Assembly: GCF_964204645.1 (NCBI RefSeq)
Contig: NC_134030.1
Coordinates: 13,696,656-13,760,655, forward strand
DNA from: Tubulanus polymorphus
Taxonomy: Eukaryota > Animalia > Nemertea
DNA: 64,000 bases
Direction of reading: 5' to 3'
Shown: piece by piece, positions 25,171 to 37,170 of the stretch
Numbering within the stretch: the stretch's first letter is position 1
Layout of the letters: the number at the start of each line of letters is the position of its first letter
Notes under the pieces: generated by a model
Database searches by the model: none
The model's input: only the letters and a program-made list of their open reading frames with translations
Told to the model about the DNA's origin: nothing
Made by a program: the position numbers and the translations under genes

Positions 25171-27510
25171 TAATTTACTATTGTTTTTACAATTGTTTGT
25201 TGTGTTGAAATTTTTTAGGAAACCCACACATTCTGGATCCTTTACCGCCTAGCATGATCTGTTGCCCAAAGTTTATTTCTTCTTTCGTAGATGTGACCCA
25301 TTTCTTGACGATAAACTTACAGATTAAGCCTTCTAAAAAATGATTTACCCTGACGATATTTTGAAAGCTCGCCGTGCCCATTTTTGGCTATGTCAACGGT
25401 CTGGTCGATCGATAATCGTTCGTATACTTAATACACTACGCTCAAAGCTATTTTAGCACACTCAAACGCAATTTCAGTAGCCTGTAATTTCACTATTAAT
25501 GGGCGAATTGAACGGATTAAGCAAATTATGAGGCAAATTCAAATGTTCTATATTTCTCCATACCGTCCTTCCAATCGGTTTCTACGGAGAAATACGAACT
25601 AAAAATAACATTTTTTGACAATATTTTGAGGATATTCTTGGTAAATATTCTGAAAATTACACACAATCATTTTGTTATCCTTCATTCACGTATTTAAACT
25701 ACCCGCGCGACGCGGCCCGCAAGTTTCGACGAAAGTCCGTCCGTGACCGTCATTTTCGTTGCCGCGATTTAGCCAATGCCCATGTGTCCCGGATGTAAAC
25801 TACACTTTTTGAGATGGACGGTATGGAGAAATATAGAACATTTGAATTTGCCCCTAGTTTACATCCGGGACACATGGGCATTGGCTAAATATCCTCAAAA
25901 TATTGTCAAAGAATGTTATTTTTAGTTCGTATTTCTCCGTAGAAACCGATTGGAAGACTGGATTCGAATCCCACAAAAAGCACAGTCCCTTAGCAACGGG
26001 TCGAATTTTTTAGAATAACAAGCGCGCCGGTTTCACAGCATCACTAAGGGTCGAGTCCCGGAGAATAACGCGCGCGCGCGGTCCGCGTGTTACAAAATTA
26101 CCGTCCCGCTCCACACAAGTACTGAATAATCAACTCAAATTTTGCTAATCAACTCAAAATTTTGCCAATCCCTGGGAGTAAAATGCCGTGCGTTTTTTAA
26201 CATATCGTATCTTTATGTGTTTTTTACTCCCGTTTTGCAAACGTTATTCACCTTTTCCGCTTCGAGTAAAATACGTATACGCTGAAATCCGTGCCTAAAA
26301 TACCGTTGTTCCATTAATTCCGTACACATGCGACCCGTTGTAATACTTAGGAACAAATCGTTAGTGTAAAACAAATAAAACTATTGAAGCCATGAGATTT
26401 AATGTAGAAATCTGACGTTTTTTAACTGCAGAAAATTTTGTTTTCGTGTAATCGATAAAACAATAGGCTCTCAATATGTAATCAACATTCCCAAACTCCC
26501 ACGTTGTTTTTCGCAGAAAATGATTTTTTTCTTTTTTAATCACGGGTCCCTTGATTCGCTCGAAGATCTAGCATATTTTGGGTGATTTTCTTTGGTCACG
26601 CCACCGGGTGCCTTCCTTCAGCATAACCTACATTTTTTACAATGTAGAACTTGGGAACACAGTTCTTGTGTAAAACATATAAAACTATTTAAGCTGTTCG
26701 TAAAAAATATCAGATAAGTGCGTATATAATATCATATAAGATTTATCGTCGTATGAAAGATAAAACAAACAAGGCTTTCAATTTGTAATTAACACTCCCA
26801 AAGCATGTTTTTTTTAGCAAAAATGAATTCCTTTTCTATACACGTATTTGATCACGGCGAATCTTCGCTCGAATAGATCTTTGATATTTTTGGGTGATTT
26901 TCTTTGGCCACGGACCACGCCGAACACAGGTGCCCCCGCAAAACCTATGTTTTTTTACAATGTGAATTCTATATGAGTTGGGAAGGGCACTCGCCTCTAT
27001 TTATTCTTTAAAACTTAAGACTGGCTGTGCGCTTCCCCAAGTTTCGACTTTGACATATTATTTCATAATTTTTTTTCTTTATGGTGCGCAAAGTTGAAAG
27101 CTGTGGGTTTCATATTTTTGAGAAATTGACCAAAAAGTGTCAAAAATTCGATTTATTTGAGCACGTTTTTTTCATGCAATTGTCCAAAATAACACATGTT
27201 AGAATTCAATGCTATTTTGCGTCGGAAGAACTTTATCTTGTCAAGATACGATGCTTTGTTCGGTAGTTTGCTTTTGTAAAGATCGGGGTCCCAACGCTGA
27301 CTAGGTAGGTCAGGCCCTTCAGAAAGGCTACTACTGGCCTATGATATATCTAAATAACTCCGGGACTGAAATAACGATACACACCATTCATTTTGTACAA
27401 AGCAAGAGAGAGAACAAACAACATTGTCACACTAAAATGCGGATTTGGACTTAACACTTTATCACGGATTTGGACTGTACAGCTTGACTTAATGCCCAAT
27501 CATTACACTT

Positions 27511-28050
27511 TCAAGGACGAAACCCCACAAAATCTCGGTTATATGTAATTTCTGTTGACCCGGCTGAACTCCATCATGACGTCATAGCATTCGTTGAATA
27601 TGTAAATGAGATGGATCAGCAGGTGCCAAACAAAATGGCGGCACAATTGAAGAGGTTCATAATAATTATTTCTAGCGCGAATACTGATACTCAAGGCGTA
27701 TGATATAACGATTTATTGTGTGTGATGTGTTCAATCATTCATCTAGTTTTGAAATCCCGTGCATAAGGTAACGTGATGAGCGTTCGCGTTGAAAACAGTC
27801 GTGTACAGTCACGTAGGCAATGTCGCCTTATTAACTCGTATTCACTGCGTGTATGTATCAGTTATAGATAACGCGCGCAAAGGTGCAGGTCGCGCGTAAC
27901 AACGATTCTGAGCGAAGATGTAAGCTTGCCTGCCTACTTAAAGCAATCCTATCGTGAAATTATTAAAAACCATGTCAGTCGATAAACTTTATTTCGTCAG
28001 TAACCGGCGCTGGCCTCATATTTGCATAGAATTGGGAGCTTCCGTCCTAA
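27511..28050. mobile_element. Dispersed repeat, probable short-TIR MITE (second partial copy 46238..46467)
   Basis: 27511..27740 is near-identical to 46238..46467; ends aggacgaaacccc / gggagcttccgtcct are imperfect inverted repeats. Confidence 0.6.
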
Positions 28051-28843
28051 TTTAGCCGTATGATGAAAAACCTCCGATGACACCCAGGCTCTCGCTTTGC
28101 CGGGTCACTCATAGTTTTAGTTGTTTTATATGTCATTCTATGAATGTATTTGAATTATGTATATTAACTTGTTGAGACAAAAATTCCCAAAATCAATTTT
28201 TCGAATATTTCATACTCGTTAAAAAGTCAGTTATCACTGACCAAAATTAAGTCCTTTTCGATATATTTTTCTTATCTAATTTTCGATGAAATAAATTTTT
28301 TCGTACTAGTAGCCTATACATGACAGATTTTTTACTTCACACTATGGTTTGGCGTGCCACCGGACCATTGGTCCTTTATTGTAATTCTCAAGCGATGCGC
28401 ACTAGTTAGCAGCCCATTTTCATACGTTTATTTTTCGGTAAAAATTCAAAATTTTAATTTTCTACAATTCCCTTCATTTTGAATGGCATGGTGCGGCTTT
28501 GAAGAAAACCCGTTATCGCTGTTTTGCTCAAATAAACTCAAATAATAATGAAACAAATTATTTTTCTTTTCCATTTTAAAAACGGTTATTACGAAAAAAG
28601 ATAATTTTCTAATGTTTTTCCCTATATAGTGAAATAGCATGGTTTCTCCTTGTGTATATTTAGAGGACCCTAAAAACCTGGACCCTCTATGCGTTAGGCC
28701 ATCGAATATTTTGATATAACACATTATTTTGTAGCTACAATGTTTTACCATTTCAATGCACTAGTCTATTGTCCGTGTACGTTTCAACACCGTCCAATGG
28801 CCTCTGAATATACTCTAAATGTTTTCATTTTTTGTCATTACAG

Positions 28844-29133
28844 ATGATGATGGAGGAGAAATTTATGACGATATAGACATAGATTCTGCCGTACCAGCGC
28901 CCCCTTCCTTCAAGCCACCCAGTCGACCGCCTGTTGTTGGCATGAGTCTGGAACAAATCTACGATGACGCCGAAACTGGTTTATTTGGTGATCATGTATT
29001 AGACCCCGTGACCCCCACCCCATCCGATACTAAGGACAATCTCTATGACGACGGAGAAAGTTTACAGCAGCTTCCTTTACCGGCAAGGCAGCCAACACAC
29101 CCATCGGTGGCTGCAGATACTAACATCATCAAA
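28844..29133 (+). CDS. SKAP-like adaptor exon (Tyr-Asp-Asp and proline-rich linker)
   Basis: ttacag acceptor, DDDGGEIYDDI...PPSFKPPSRPP...IYDDA...LYDDG...NIIK, gtacgt donor; phase 1/0 fits both neighbours. Confidence 0.88.
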
Positions 29134-30027
29134 GTACGTCTTTAGTTTCAGCCATATGTCTGATATTTATTGAAAGAAGTATATTAAACACTGCAGTGTC
29201 AGGAAGATAGCAAAGTGTATTTCAAATGTCAGTTTATGGATGTTGGATAGGCCTAGTAGGTGAATACAGTTATGAGTGTAGTTTAATACATTTCATAGGT
29301 ACAGTTGTTTTCTTCGGTCCAATGCACTCTTTGTTGGATGGTTACATTAGAGCGGTTAGATGATTACCTTATCTTATTCATTCACTCTCAGATGTGACAT
29401 CCCCTGTGCCGAGTAGAATAGTTCTTAAGCATGGTAGATGTCGTTTTGTTTTTTATCGTGACATCTGATGATAACTATTGCGGATGAATCCGGCTCTGCA
29501 GTTGCAAGCACAACAGAAAACCCTCATACAAATCAAGGGAATAACAAGATGGCTACTTACCTTGACTAAGTAAGAGAGGCCTAAATAACGGGTTGAGCCT
29601 AACTGATCCCACGAATCTATAGGACCAACGACTATATTTGGACGGTTAATTGACGAGGAAATAGCGATGTAGGGCCAAAAATAGTAATTGTTTCTCATTT
29701 CCAAATTCTCTGAATATTACCAGGCAGGCAGGTGTTCATTTTCATTTGATTTTTCTTTTAGAAATATTGACCAGGCAGACAACATTTTATTTTGCATAAA
29801 AATGTTTGGAAGCAAGCTTTCTTTGTTTTTAAAAGTGGGTTTCATTTTATAACTTATCAACAAAGAGCTCATTTTCAGTCACCCCGGTTGGCAGGATTTT
29901 ATTTTACCGGGTATCTAAGCCAGATTTCGCACCATGCCTAAAATGAGAAACGATCTATTTTTGGTCTAATGTACTCAATGAAAAAACTTGTCTAAATGGA
30001 ATATTTCTTTGTCTGGTCTTTAAATAG

Positions 30028-30393
30028 GGCGTTACTACAACATCATCAACTTTGGATGAGGCAGAGGAGCTATACGACGACGGCATTTCAGTCATCCCAG
30101 ACGCACAACAGTCGTCCAGTCGGGTATTCAACTTCCCGCAACCAGCACCAGTCAAAACGCCGACACTCGTCCAATTCAAAGGGAATGAAATCGATGAATT
30201 TTATTTAGCGAGATGGGATTCACAGGCGACTCGTGATGACGAGCTAAATTTCAAGAGGGGAGAAAGAATTAAAGTAACGAATAGAATGAATGACGCACAT
30301 TTGTGGTGGACGGCCGAGTCTAACGGGAAAATTGGGCTGGTCCCGAAAACATTTCTTAAGCCGGCATACGCTAAGGTTTCACTGCAAATGTGA
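30028..30393 (+). CDS. SKAP2: SKAP-like adaptor terminal exon with SH3 domain (Src kinase-associated phosphoprotein family)
   Basis: FYLARWDSQATRDDELNFKRGERI...WWTAESNGKIGLVPKTFL: SH3 with the SKAP-type WD, ELxFKRG, WW and IGLVPK signature; stop at 30391..30393. PH + C-terminal SH3 architecture matches SKAP1/2 (symbol denotes closest family). Confidence 0.85.
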   Translation, partial: GVTTTSSTLDEAEELYDDGISVIPDAQQSSSRVFNFPQPAPVKTPTLVQFKGNEIDEFYLARWDSQATRDDELNFKRGERIKVTNRMNDAHLWWTAESNGKIGLVPKTFLKPAYAKVSLQM

Positions 30394-31800
30394 TTTTTGC
30401 TCATCATCAAAAGATGGCAATCAAAATTTATCAGCTATTGAAATATAGATCCTTCCAGAAAGGATCTCGTGTCACAGCTGTGCAGTAAACCCGTTATCGC
30501 TACTTTGCAGCCCTATTTATTACTCTTATTATATCGGAAATATTAATATATTTGCACTCAATGCACTCCCCACAACCTGTGTGTATACTGTAATCGGGAA
30601 GAACATAACTACTTAAGCCCATCTCAATGCATGACGAGTTGAGAGTATTATGTGAATATGATATGATAATACTAATAATCTTGGCGCTTTTTAATTGCTT
30701 AGATTTTTGGACTTTTGGAGAAAATCTTTGATAGACAAAGGGAAAAACGAATTTCTTTTTAGAGTCTGTGTTATCTTTTACCAAGGGTAAGGGAAAAGAA
30801 ATAGTGCTTTTTCATCTTTTACCCATTTCTCGTGGCAACATTCCCCGCAGAAAAAAACACATTTTTCAGTTAAATATCCAAATAAAATTAAGCCGCTTAA
30901 CGTGGATATCAGATCAGTTGCCGAAAATCAATTTACTATAGAATTATTCCAGTTTTGTCTGAAGTGGCTCATAGGATAGGAAAGAGCTATTTAACCTAGC
31001 ATTAGCAGTAGATCACCTGAATAACTACGTAATTTACAGCATAATGCCCTACAATGCTTTATTCTCGTCCGATTCCACGATCAGCAGAAAGTTTTTCTTT
31101 CGTGCTGGTCGGCCAGTTGATACGGTGCGTATATTGTAGAGCGACTCTAAAGAGGTGTGCTCTATCGAAAACGATCCTTGTCGCAAGCCCGTAGCTAGGG
31201 GGGTTCGCCCGTTCGAACGAACGCCCCTTTTTAGAAAGATGATTTTTTTGCCTATGTAACGGTCCGTTGTTTATTTTCATCATAGTGTTCTTTTAAATTA
31301 CATTTCACTGATTATAGATATTGTTAGCATTGGTTGACGTCTATGACGTCATGCCAATGCTGGTAAAATGGATCGAAAGTCGTAGTAAAAAAAAGCGCCG
31401 ACTCTTCTCATTTTCATAGTAACTTCAAATTGTAACTCCGTTCTCGCAAAACATTAGACGCAGCTGAAAATTCAAACTCAAAATAATGTTTCAGTTATTC
31501 CCTACAACATAGCGTCGCCATTTATAAATATCAAAGTGTTTGAATATCAGTGTTATTCCAGGTCTAACTGCTGTTTGAGTCACCTATCCACTGGGTGGCG
31601 CTAGTGTTATTAAAGGATAGTGTTATGGTAAGGTTAGGTACATAACCATTAGGGACACCTAAACTGCAGTCGCTCCTTATTCCAACTATTAGTAGCCATT
31701 GGATTAATTGGCAGTAATTCACAGTGCCAGAATATGTATTTCTAGAGCAGTGGTACGGCAGGCCTACTCGTGACTGAAACCATATGAGTTAAACTGCAGC

Positions 31801-33205
31801 GTCCCGTGAGAGGACCCGGCCCGGGCCTGTGACGGGACATGGGTCCTCTCACGGGACAAATGTAGAATTTTTACATGAAACGTCGATTCCAATGCTAGCG
31901 GTTTCGAGTCACATTATTCTTATGTATTTTGCGCTTTTACGATTATGAATAAATAAATTCCTATCGATTGTAATTATTACATTTCCCATTTTGATTTCAT
32001 TTATAAATAGAAGAAGGCCTACCGATAATTTCTAATTTCACTTGCTGGGCCAGGGGGACAATGGGGGATTGAATTCCCGTTTTCACGCAGGATATTGAAA
32101 AAGGGGCCCGATTCAAGTTGATACTGTCCCGTGAGAGGTCCCGATTTTAAATACTGCCCCGTGAGAGGACCCGATTCAAGATGCTGTGCCGTGAGAGGAC
32201 CCGATTCAAAACACTGTCCCGTGAGAAGACCCGGTTCAACATGCACTTTCCCGTGAGAGGACCCGAATCAACTTACTGTCCCGTGAGAGGGCCCGATTCA
32301 ACAAACTGTCCCGTGAGAGGTCTCGATTTTAAATACAGTCCCGTAAGAGGACCCGATTCAACACTCTGTCCCGTGAGAGGACTCGATTTTAGATACCGCC
32401 CCGTGAGAGGACCCAAGTCAAGATGCTGTCCCGTGAGAGGACCCGATTCAACACACTGTCCCGTTAGAGGACCCGATTTAAAATACCGTCCAGTGAGAGG
32501 ACCCGATTCAACTGATTGTCCCGTGAGAGGACCCGGTTCGTCACACTGTCCCGTGAGAGGACCCGATTCAAAATACTATCCCATGAGAGGACCCGATTCA
32601 AGATGCTGTCCCATGAGAGGACCCGATTCCAAATACCATCCAGTGAGAGGCCCCGATTCAACTTACTGTCCCGTGAGAGGACCCGATTCAACTTACGGGA
32701 CACGGGACAGTATTTAAAATCGAGTCGATTTTAAATAATGTCATGTGAGAGGACCCGGTTCAACAAACTGTCCCGTGAGAGGACCCGATTTTAAATACAG
32801 TCCCGTGAGAGGACCCGATTCAACATACTGTCCCGTAAGACGATCCGGATTACTTGTATTGTCCCGTGAGAGGACCCGATTCAACACACTGTCCCGTGAG
32901 CGGTCCCGATTTTAAATACTGTCCCGTGAGAGGAACCAATTCAACTTACTGTCCTGTGAGAAGACTCGATTTTAAATGAAGTCCCGTGAGAGGACCCGAT
33001 TCAACCACACTGACCCTTGAGAGGACCCGATTTTAGATAATGTCCCGTAGGGGAACCCCATTCAAGATGCTGTCCCGTGAGAGGATCTGATTCAAAATAC
33101 CGTCCAGTGAGAGGACCCGATTCAACACACTGTCTCGTGAGAGGACCCGGTTCAACATACAGTCCCGTGAGAGGACCCGATTTTGAATACTGTCCCGTGA
33201 GAGGT
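31801..33205. repeat. ~30-bp minisatellite (CTGTCCCGTGAGAGGACCCGATTCAACAYA), probably inside a DNA transposon starting near 31561
   Basis: Roughly 35 tandem units at 32100..33205; direct and inverted units at 31801..31858; the upstream motif ggtctaactgc...gtcacc..tccact recurs at ~39878 and ~47143. Confidence 0.9.
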
Positions 33206-33454
33206 GGATCAGTAACTAAAAATACGCAAGGTTTTACAACCTAGTTGAATTATTATTGCTTTTATCTATTTTTTGTTGAATTTCATTTGGTTTTTGTTTC
33301 ACAGCCGAAATATTTGAAATGCACACACTATTTCTATCATTGAAAATTGAGAGAGTGGCCATGTTTGTGTTTGCTGCTTCGCGTAAATCCCGCACGGTGG
33401 CGCAACCGCGCGGAGTGGGGCCGATACGTCCAGAAATTTGCACAATCACCGATG

Positions 33455-33736
33455 ATAAATAATGTATTAGAACCTTTATAGATACCAGTTGCTATTTTAA
33501 TACAATTATCTAAATTTTCTTTAACTTTTTTAGGATCTGATACAATAAATCTATTACTTCTAGTGATATTTCTATTATAAGTTTGATTATATTCGTTGGA
33601 CAAAATGATATTATATTATCAAAATAGTTTTTATAAACAGTTTCTAATAAATTCAAAATGAAATAAGTTTTTCCACAATTTGTTACACCAGAAATTAACA
33701 TACTAGAGGTTCAAATATAAATAATTCCTTTTTCAT
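33455..33736 (-). pseudogene. Polinton packaging ATPase (A32/FtsK-like), N-terminal part
   Basis: TAAATG start, MLISGVTNCGKT Walker A, FDNIISFCPT, NTLFIIGD Walker B-like; frameshifted and truncated. Confidence 0.85.
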
Positions 33737-33789
33737 TTATATATTTTTAATTTAACTTGATAATATCCATTCATTAGATTCATCGGCCA

Positions 33790-35560
33790 TCCAACCCATT
33801 TTACTAAAGAAAATCTTTTTCTTTTAACAGTTTGTGTTTTTAATACTTTTTCAATTTTATATTCTTGTTCTAGTTTTTCAGTAGTTAAATTTAATTCTTC
33901 ATGAAATACCCATCAACTTCTTCACCATCTTAATCTTCTTATTTATAGACGCATGGTTCTGTTGCTATTACTTTTTTATTTTATATGATTCCCTTGTTGG
34001 ATTTCGATCATATCCTTTATCAAATATCTTTTTGTCCGTCCGTCCGCAACTTTGTGAACGCGATTCAAGAAGAACCGTTGATAGCAGGACTATGATATTA
34101 CGTAGTATGATTACCCCTAGGGAGAGGATGTGCCCTATTGATTTTGGGGTCCAAGGACCAAAGGTCAAGGTCACTATAGTTCATTCATATGAAACCTTGT
34201 GAACGTGATTCAAAAAGAACCGTTGATAGCAGGACCATAATATTACGTAGTATGATTGCCCCTAGGGAGAGGATGTGCCCTATTGATTTTTGGGTCCAAG
34301 TACCAAAGATCAAGGTCACACCAGGTCATTCATGTGAAAGCTTGTGAACGTCATTCAAGACGAACCATTGATAGCAGGACCATGATATTACGTAGTATGA
34401 TTACTCCTAGCGAGAGGATGTGCCCCATTGATTTTGGGGTCCAAGGACCAAAGGTCAAGGTAACTACAGGTCATTCATGTGAAACCTTGTGACCGTCATT
34501 CAATTAGAACCGTTGATAGCAGGACCATGATATTACGTAGTATGATTACCCCTAGGGAGAGGATGTGCCCCATTGATTTTGGGGTCCAAGTACCAAAGGT
34601 CAAGGTCACTACAGGTCATTCATGTGAAACCTTGTGAACGTCATTCAAGAAGAACCGTTGATAGCAGGACCATGATATTACGTAGTATGATTACCCCTAG
34701 GGAGAGGATGTGCCCTATTGATTCTGGGCTCCAAGGAACAAAGGTCAAGGTCACTTCAGGTCATTCATGTGAAACCTTGTGTCGTGAATGTGATTCAGAA
34801 AGAACTTTTGATAGCAATACAATGATATTACATCGCATGACTACCCCTAGGGAGAGGATGTGCCCTATTGATTTTGGGGGAAAAGGTCAAGGTCACTAGA
34901 TATCATTCATATGAAACCTTGTAAACACGATCCAAGAAGAACCATTGATAACAGAACAATGCTATTTCATAGTATAATTACCCCTGGGGAGAGGATGTGC
35001 ATTAGTGATTTTAGAGTTCTAGGGTCAAAGGTCAAGGTTGGTAGACGTCTTTTGCCTAAAACCCGTATACTCAACTCTTGAATAACCATTCATAGCAGGA
35101 AAATGATATTTCATAGCATTGTTATCCCTGGATACACTCATTATTTTTCTATACCAAAGATTAGTGTCTTCGGGGGTCATTAATTCCCTACTGGCTATCG
35201 CGGGGGACATAGATACGTAGTATCGAATTGCCTTGTTATATTTAGAAATTCTAACATTTTGACCAACTTTATATCTAGGTTCACCAAAATCATCTATAAG
35301 AAATGCGCCATATAAATCATTCCAAACAATTTTAGCATTTTCAGGTTAACTCGCTTCAATAGGTTTCATTCCAATAGATGAATGATTAGAATGATTATAA
35401 CCTTCTATTAATTTTGGTAAAATATCAATCCATTTAAAAGTATTTGCTGTAAAATATTTCCACATTCTTGTTCTTAATGTTCTATTAAATCATTCAACAT
35501 CTGCTCCTTTTTTGTTCGATTTTGTTGAAATATATTTAATATTATCGTTATCTAAAGAGA
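33790..35560 (-). pseudogene. Polinton rve integrase C-terminal half, split by a HINE
   Basis: FNRTLRTRMWKYF...YNHSNHSSIGMKP...PRYKVGQNVRISKY|KKIFDKGYDRN...DGEEVDGYF; the frame joins across the insertion 34034..35237. Confidence 0.85.
34034..35237 (+). mobile_element. HINE family 3 carrying a 145-bp tandem array
   Basis: Starts with (GTCC)n, units at 34071, 34216, 34361, 34506, 34651 (145-bp period), ends in stem-loop gatacgtagtatc + cttgTT; inserted at a T-run in the integrase. Confidence 0.85.
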
Positions 35561-35578
35561 CTATGAACAAATGAATTA

Positions 35579-36684
35579 TCAAATTATTTTCCACCATAAA
35601 TTTGTTATATTTAATTGCGCATCAGAAATAATGTAAATATGCATTTTATAATTATTGATTCCTTTTTTCTTTTTCATAAATAATTGTATTCCATCTTTTG
35701 TATTTTCAAATTTTTTACCGGAATCATGTGATGAATTATCTTCACTGGTTCTAAAATCTAACCATAATGCAAATTTTTTACCAGTAAAATAATCAATTTG
35801 TTTAATATTACAATTTTCAGATGATTTTATTTTTTCATTCATAAAAAGTTTCTTTTTTAAATTTCTATCCATTGATCTATCATTCTCATCCCTTGACAAA
35901 ATATTTTATTTGCAATACCTTCAATTGTTATTTCTGTTTTTAATATCTCAGGATTATAATAAATATCAACATTTATTGCGCCATTAGAATATATTTTTTG
36001 TAATTGATCTTCTAGGAAGGTTAATATTTTCATTAATTATTTCGTCACTTGCATTAATAGGTAGTTTTAAATTTATCTATATAATAATATGATAATGAAA
36101 ATCCTTGATTATGTCGAATTTGAATTGTGCTCGCAATATTTTCATTAGTTAAAGTATCATATTTTAAACATATATTTGTTACCTCATAACCCAAATCTTT
36201 AATAACACTAGATATGCAATTTCATTTACAGGTGCAAAAGTTATTTCAAATGTTATATCTTCTTGAATAACATATTTATATAAAGGTGCATTATTATTCA
36301 TCAATTCAAAGTCTAATGGAATTTCATGTTTGCTACCATAGATCTTTTTGATTAAATTATCCACGGCATTGGTTCCTATTGCATTATTAGCAATAAATTA
36401 AAATCATCTAATGTAATAACAGTTTCTGACCAAATTTATATAAATTTTTGTATCAAATATCTACCAACATTATCTACAACATTATTATTATTATTACCAG
36501 TTAATTATATATCAGCTGATAAATAAATCCTTTTGGGAACGTAAGAAGTATTTCGATTTAATCTAGGAATTCTAACATATTAAGTTTCGTTAGGATTATA
36601 ATTTGAAGGATTATGAGTAATCATGCGATGACAACGTTCTGCTTTAATTGCATTAGAAGGATCTATATATTTTCCATTCACCAT
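35579..36684 (-). pseudogene. Polinton/adintovirus-type major capsid protein (double jelly-roll), degenerate
   Basis: TAAATG start; ITHNPS...VRIPRL...VDNVGR, EIPLDFEL, YYNPEILKTEITIEG, KFALWLDFRTSEDNSSHDSGKK...HIYIISDAQLNI recognised as the animal Polinton MCP pattern; adjacent to integrase and ATPase. Confidence 0.7.
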
Positions 36685-36709
36685 TTATTAAGAAAATAAA
36701 TTACTTATT

Positions 36710-37170
36710 TATTTATTATCATATTTACTAATCCAAAAATAATTGCACTTACACCTGTAATTAAAAATGAAATTATATTTTCAGCAGCAAAACTAATAAT
36801 ATTTCCAGCAGATTTCAATATAAAACTAACAATTGATGCTATAACTCCAGGTAAAGCTGCAGTAGATTTTTAAGATAGTTCCCATAAATATTTTGCTAAT
36901 TTTTTATATTAATATTTTGATCTCCAATCATTTTATTGTGCGCAATTTTATCAGCTTCATTTCGTATACTAATTATTTCTCTAATTGCTTTATCAGAAAA
37001 TTATATATCTAAATCTTCATTTTTTTCAAATGTTGCATCCATTAATCCATTCAGCAAAAGTTTTTCAGTTTGAACTTCCGTTGATTTAAGTTTACTGGTT
37101 TTTGATTTAATAACTTATTTAGGGATTGTTTCTTATTCTAAATTATCATCAATCATCATTTCTTCGATTA
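36710..37170 (-). pseudogene. Polinton membrane-associated protein with amphipathic/hydrophobic C-terminus
   Basis: ALPGVIASIVSFILKSAGNIISFAAENIISFLITGVSAIIFGLV immediately upstream of the capsid gene. Confidence 0.55.

Noticed and set aside
32100-33205. CRISPR-like look of a conserved ~20-bp core alternating with variable sequence; ORFs 32181..32717 and overlaps
   Set aside because: Variable parts are only ~10 bp and recur, no cas genes, eukaryotic context; ORFs are translations of the minisatellite.
34256-34899. ORFs within the 145-bp array
   Set aside because: Satellite translations.
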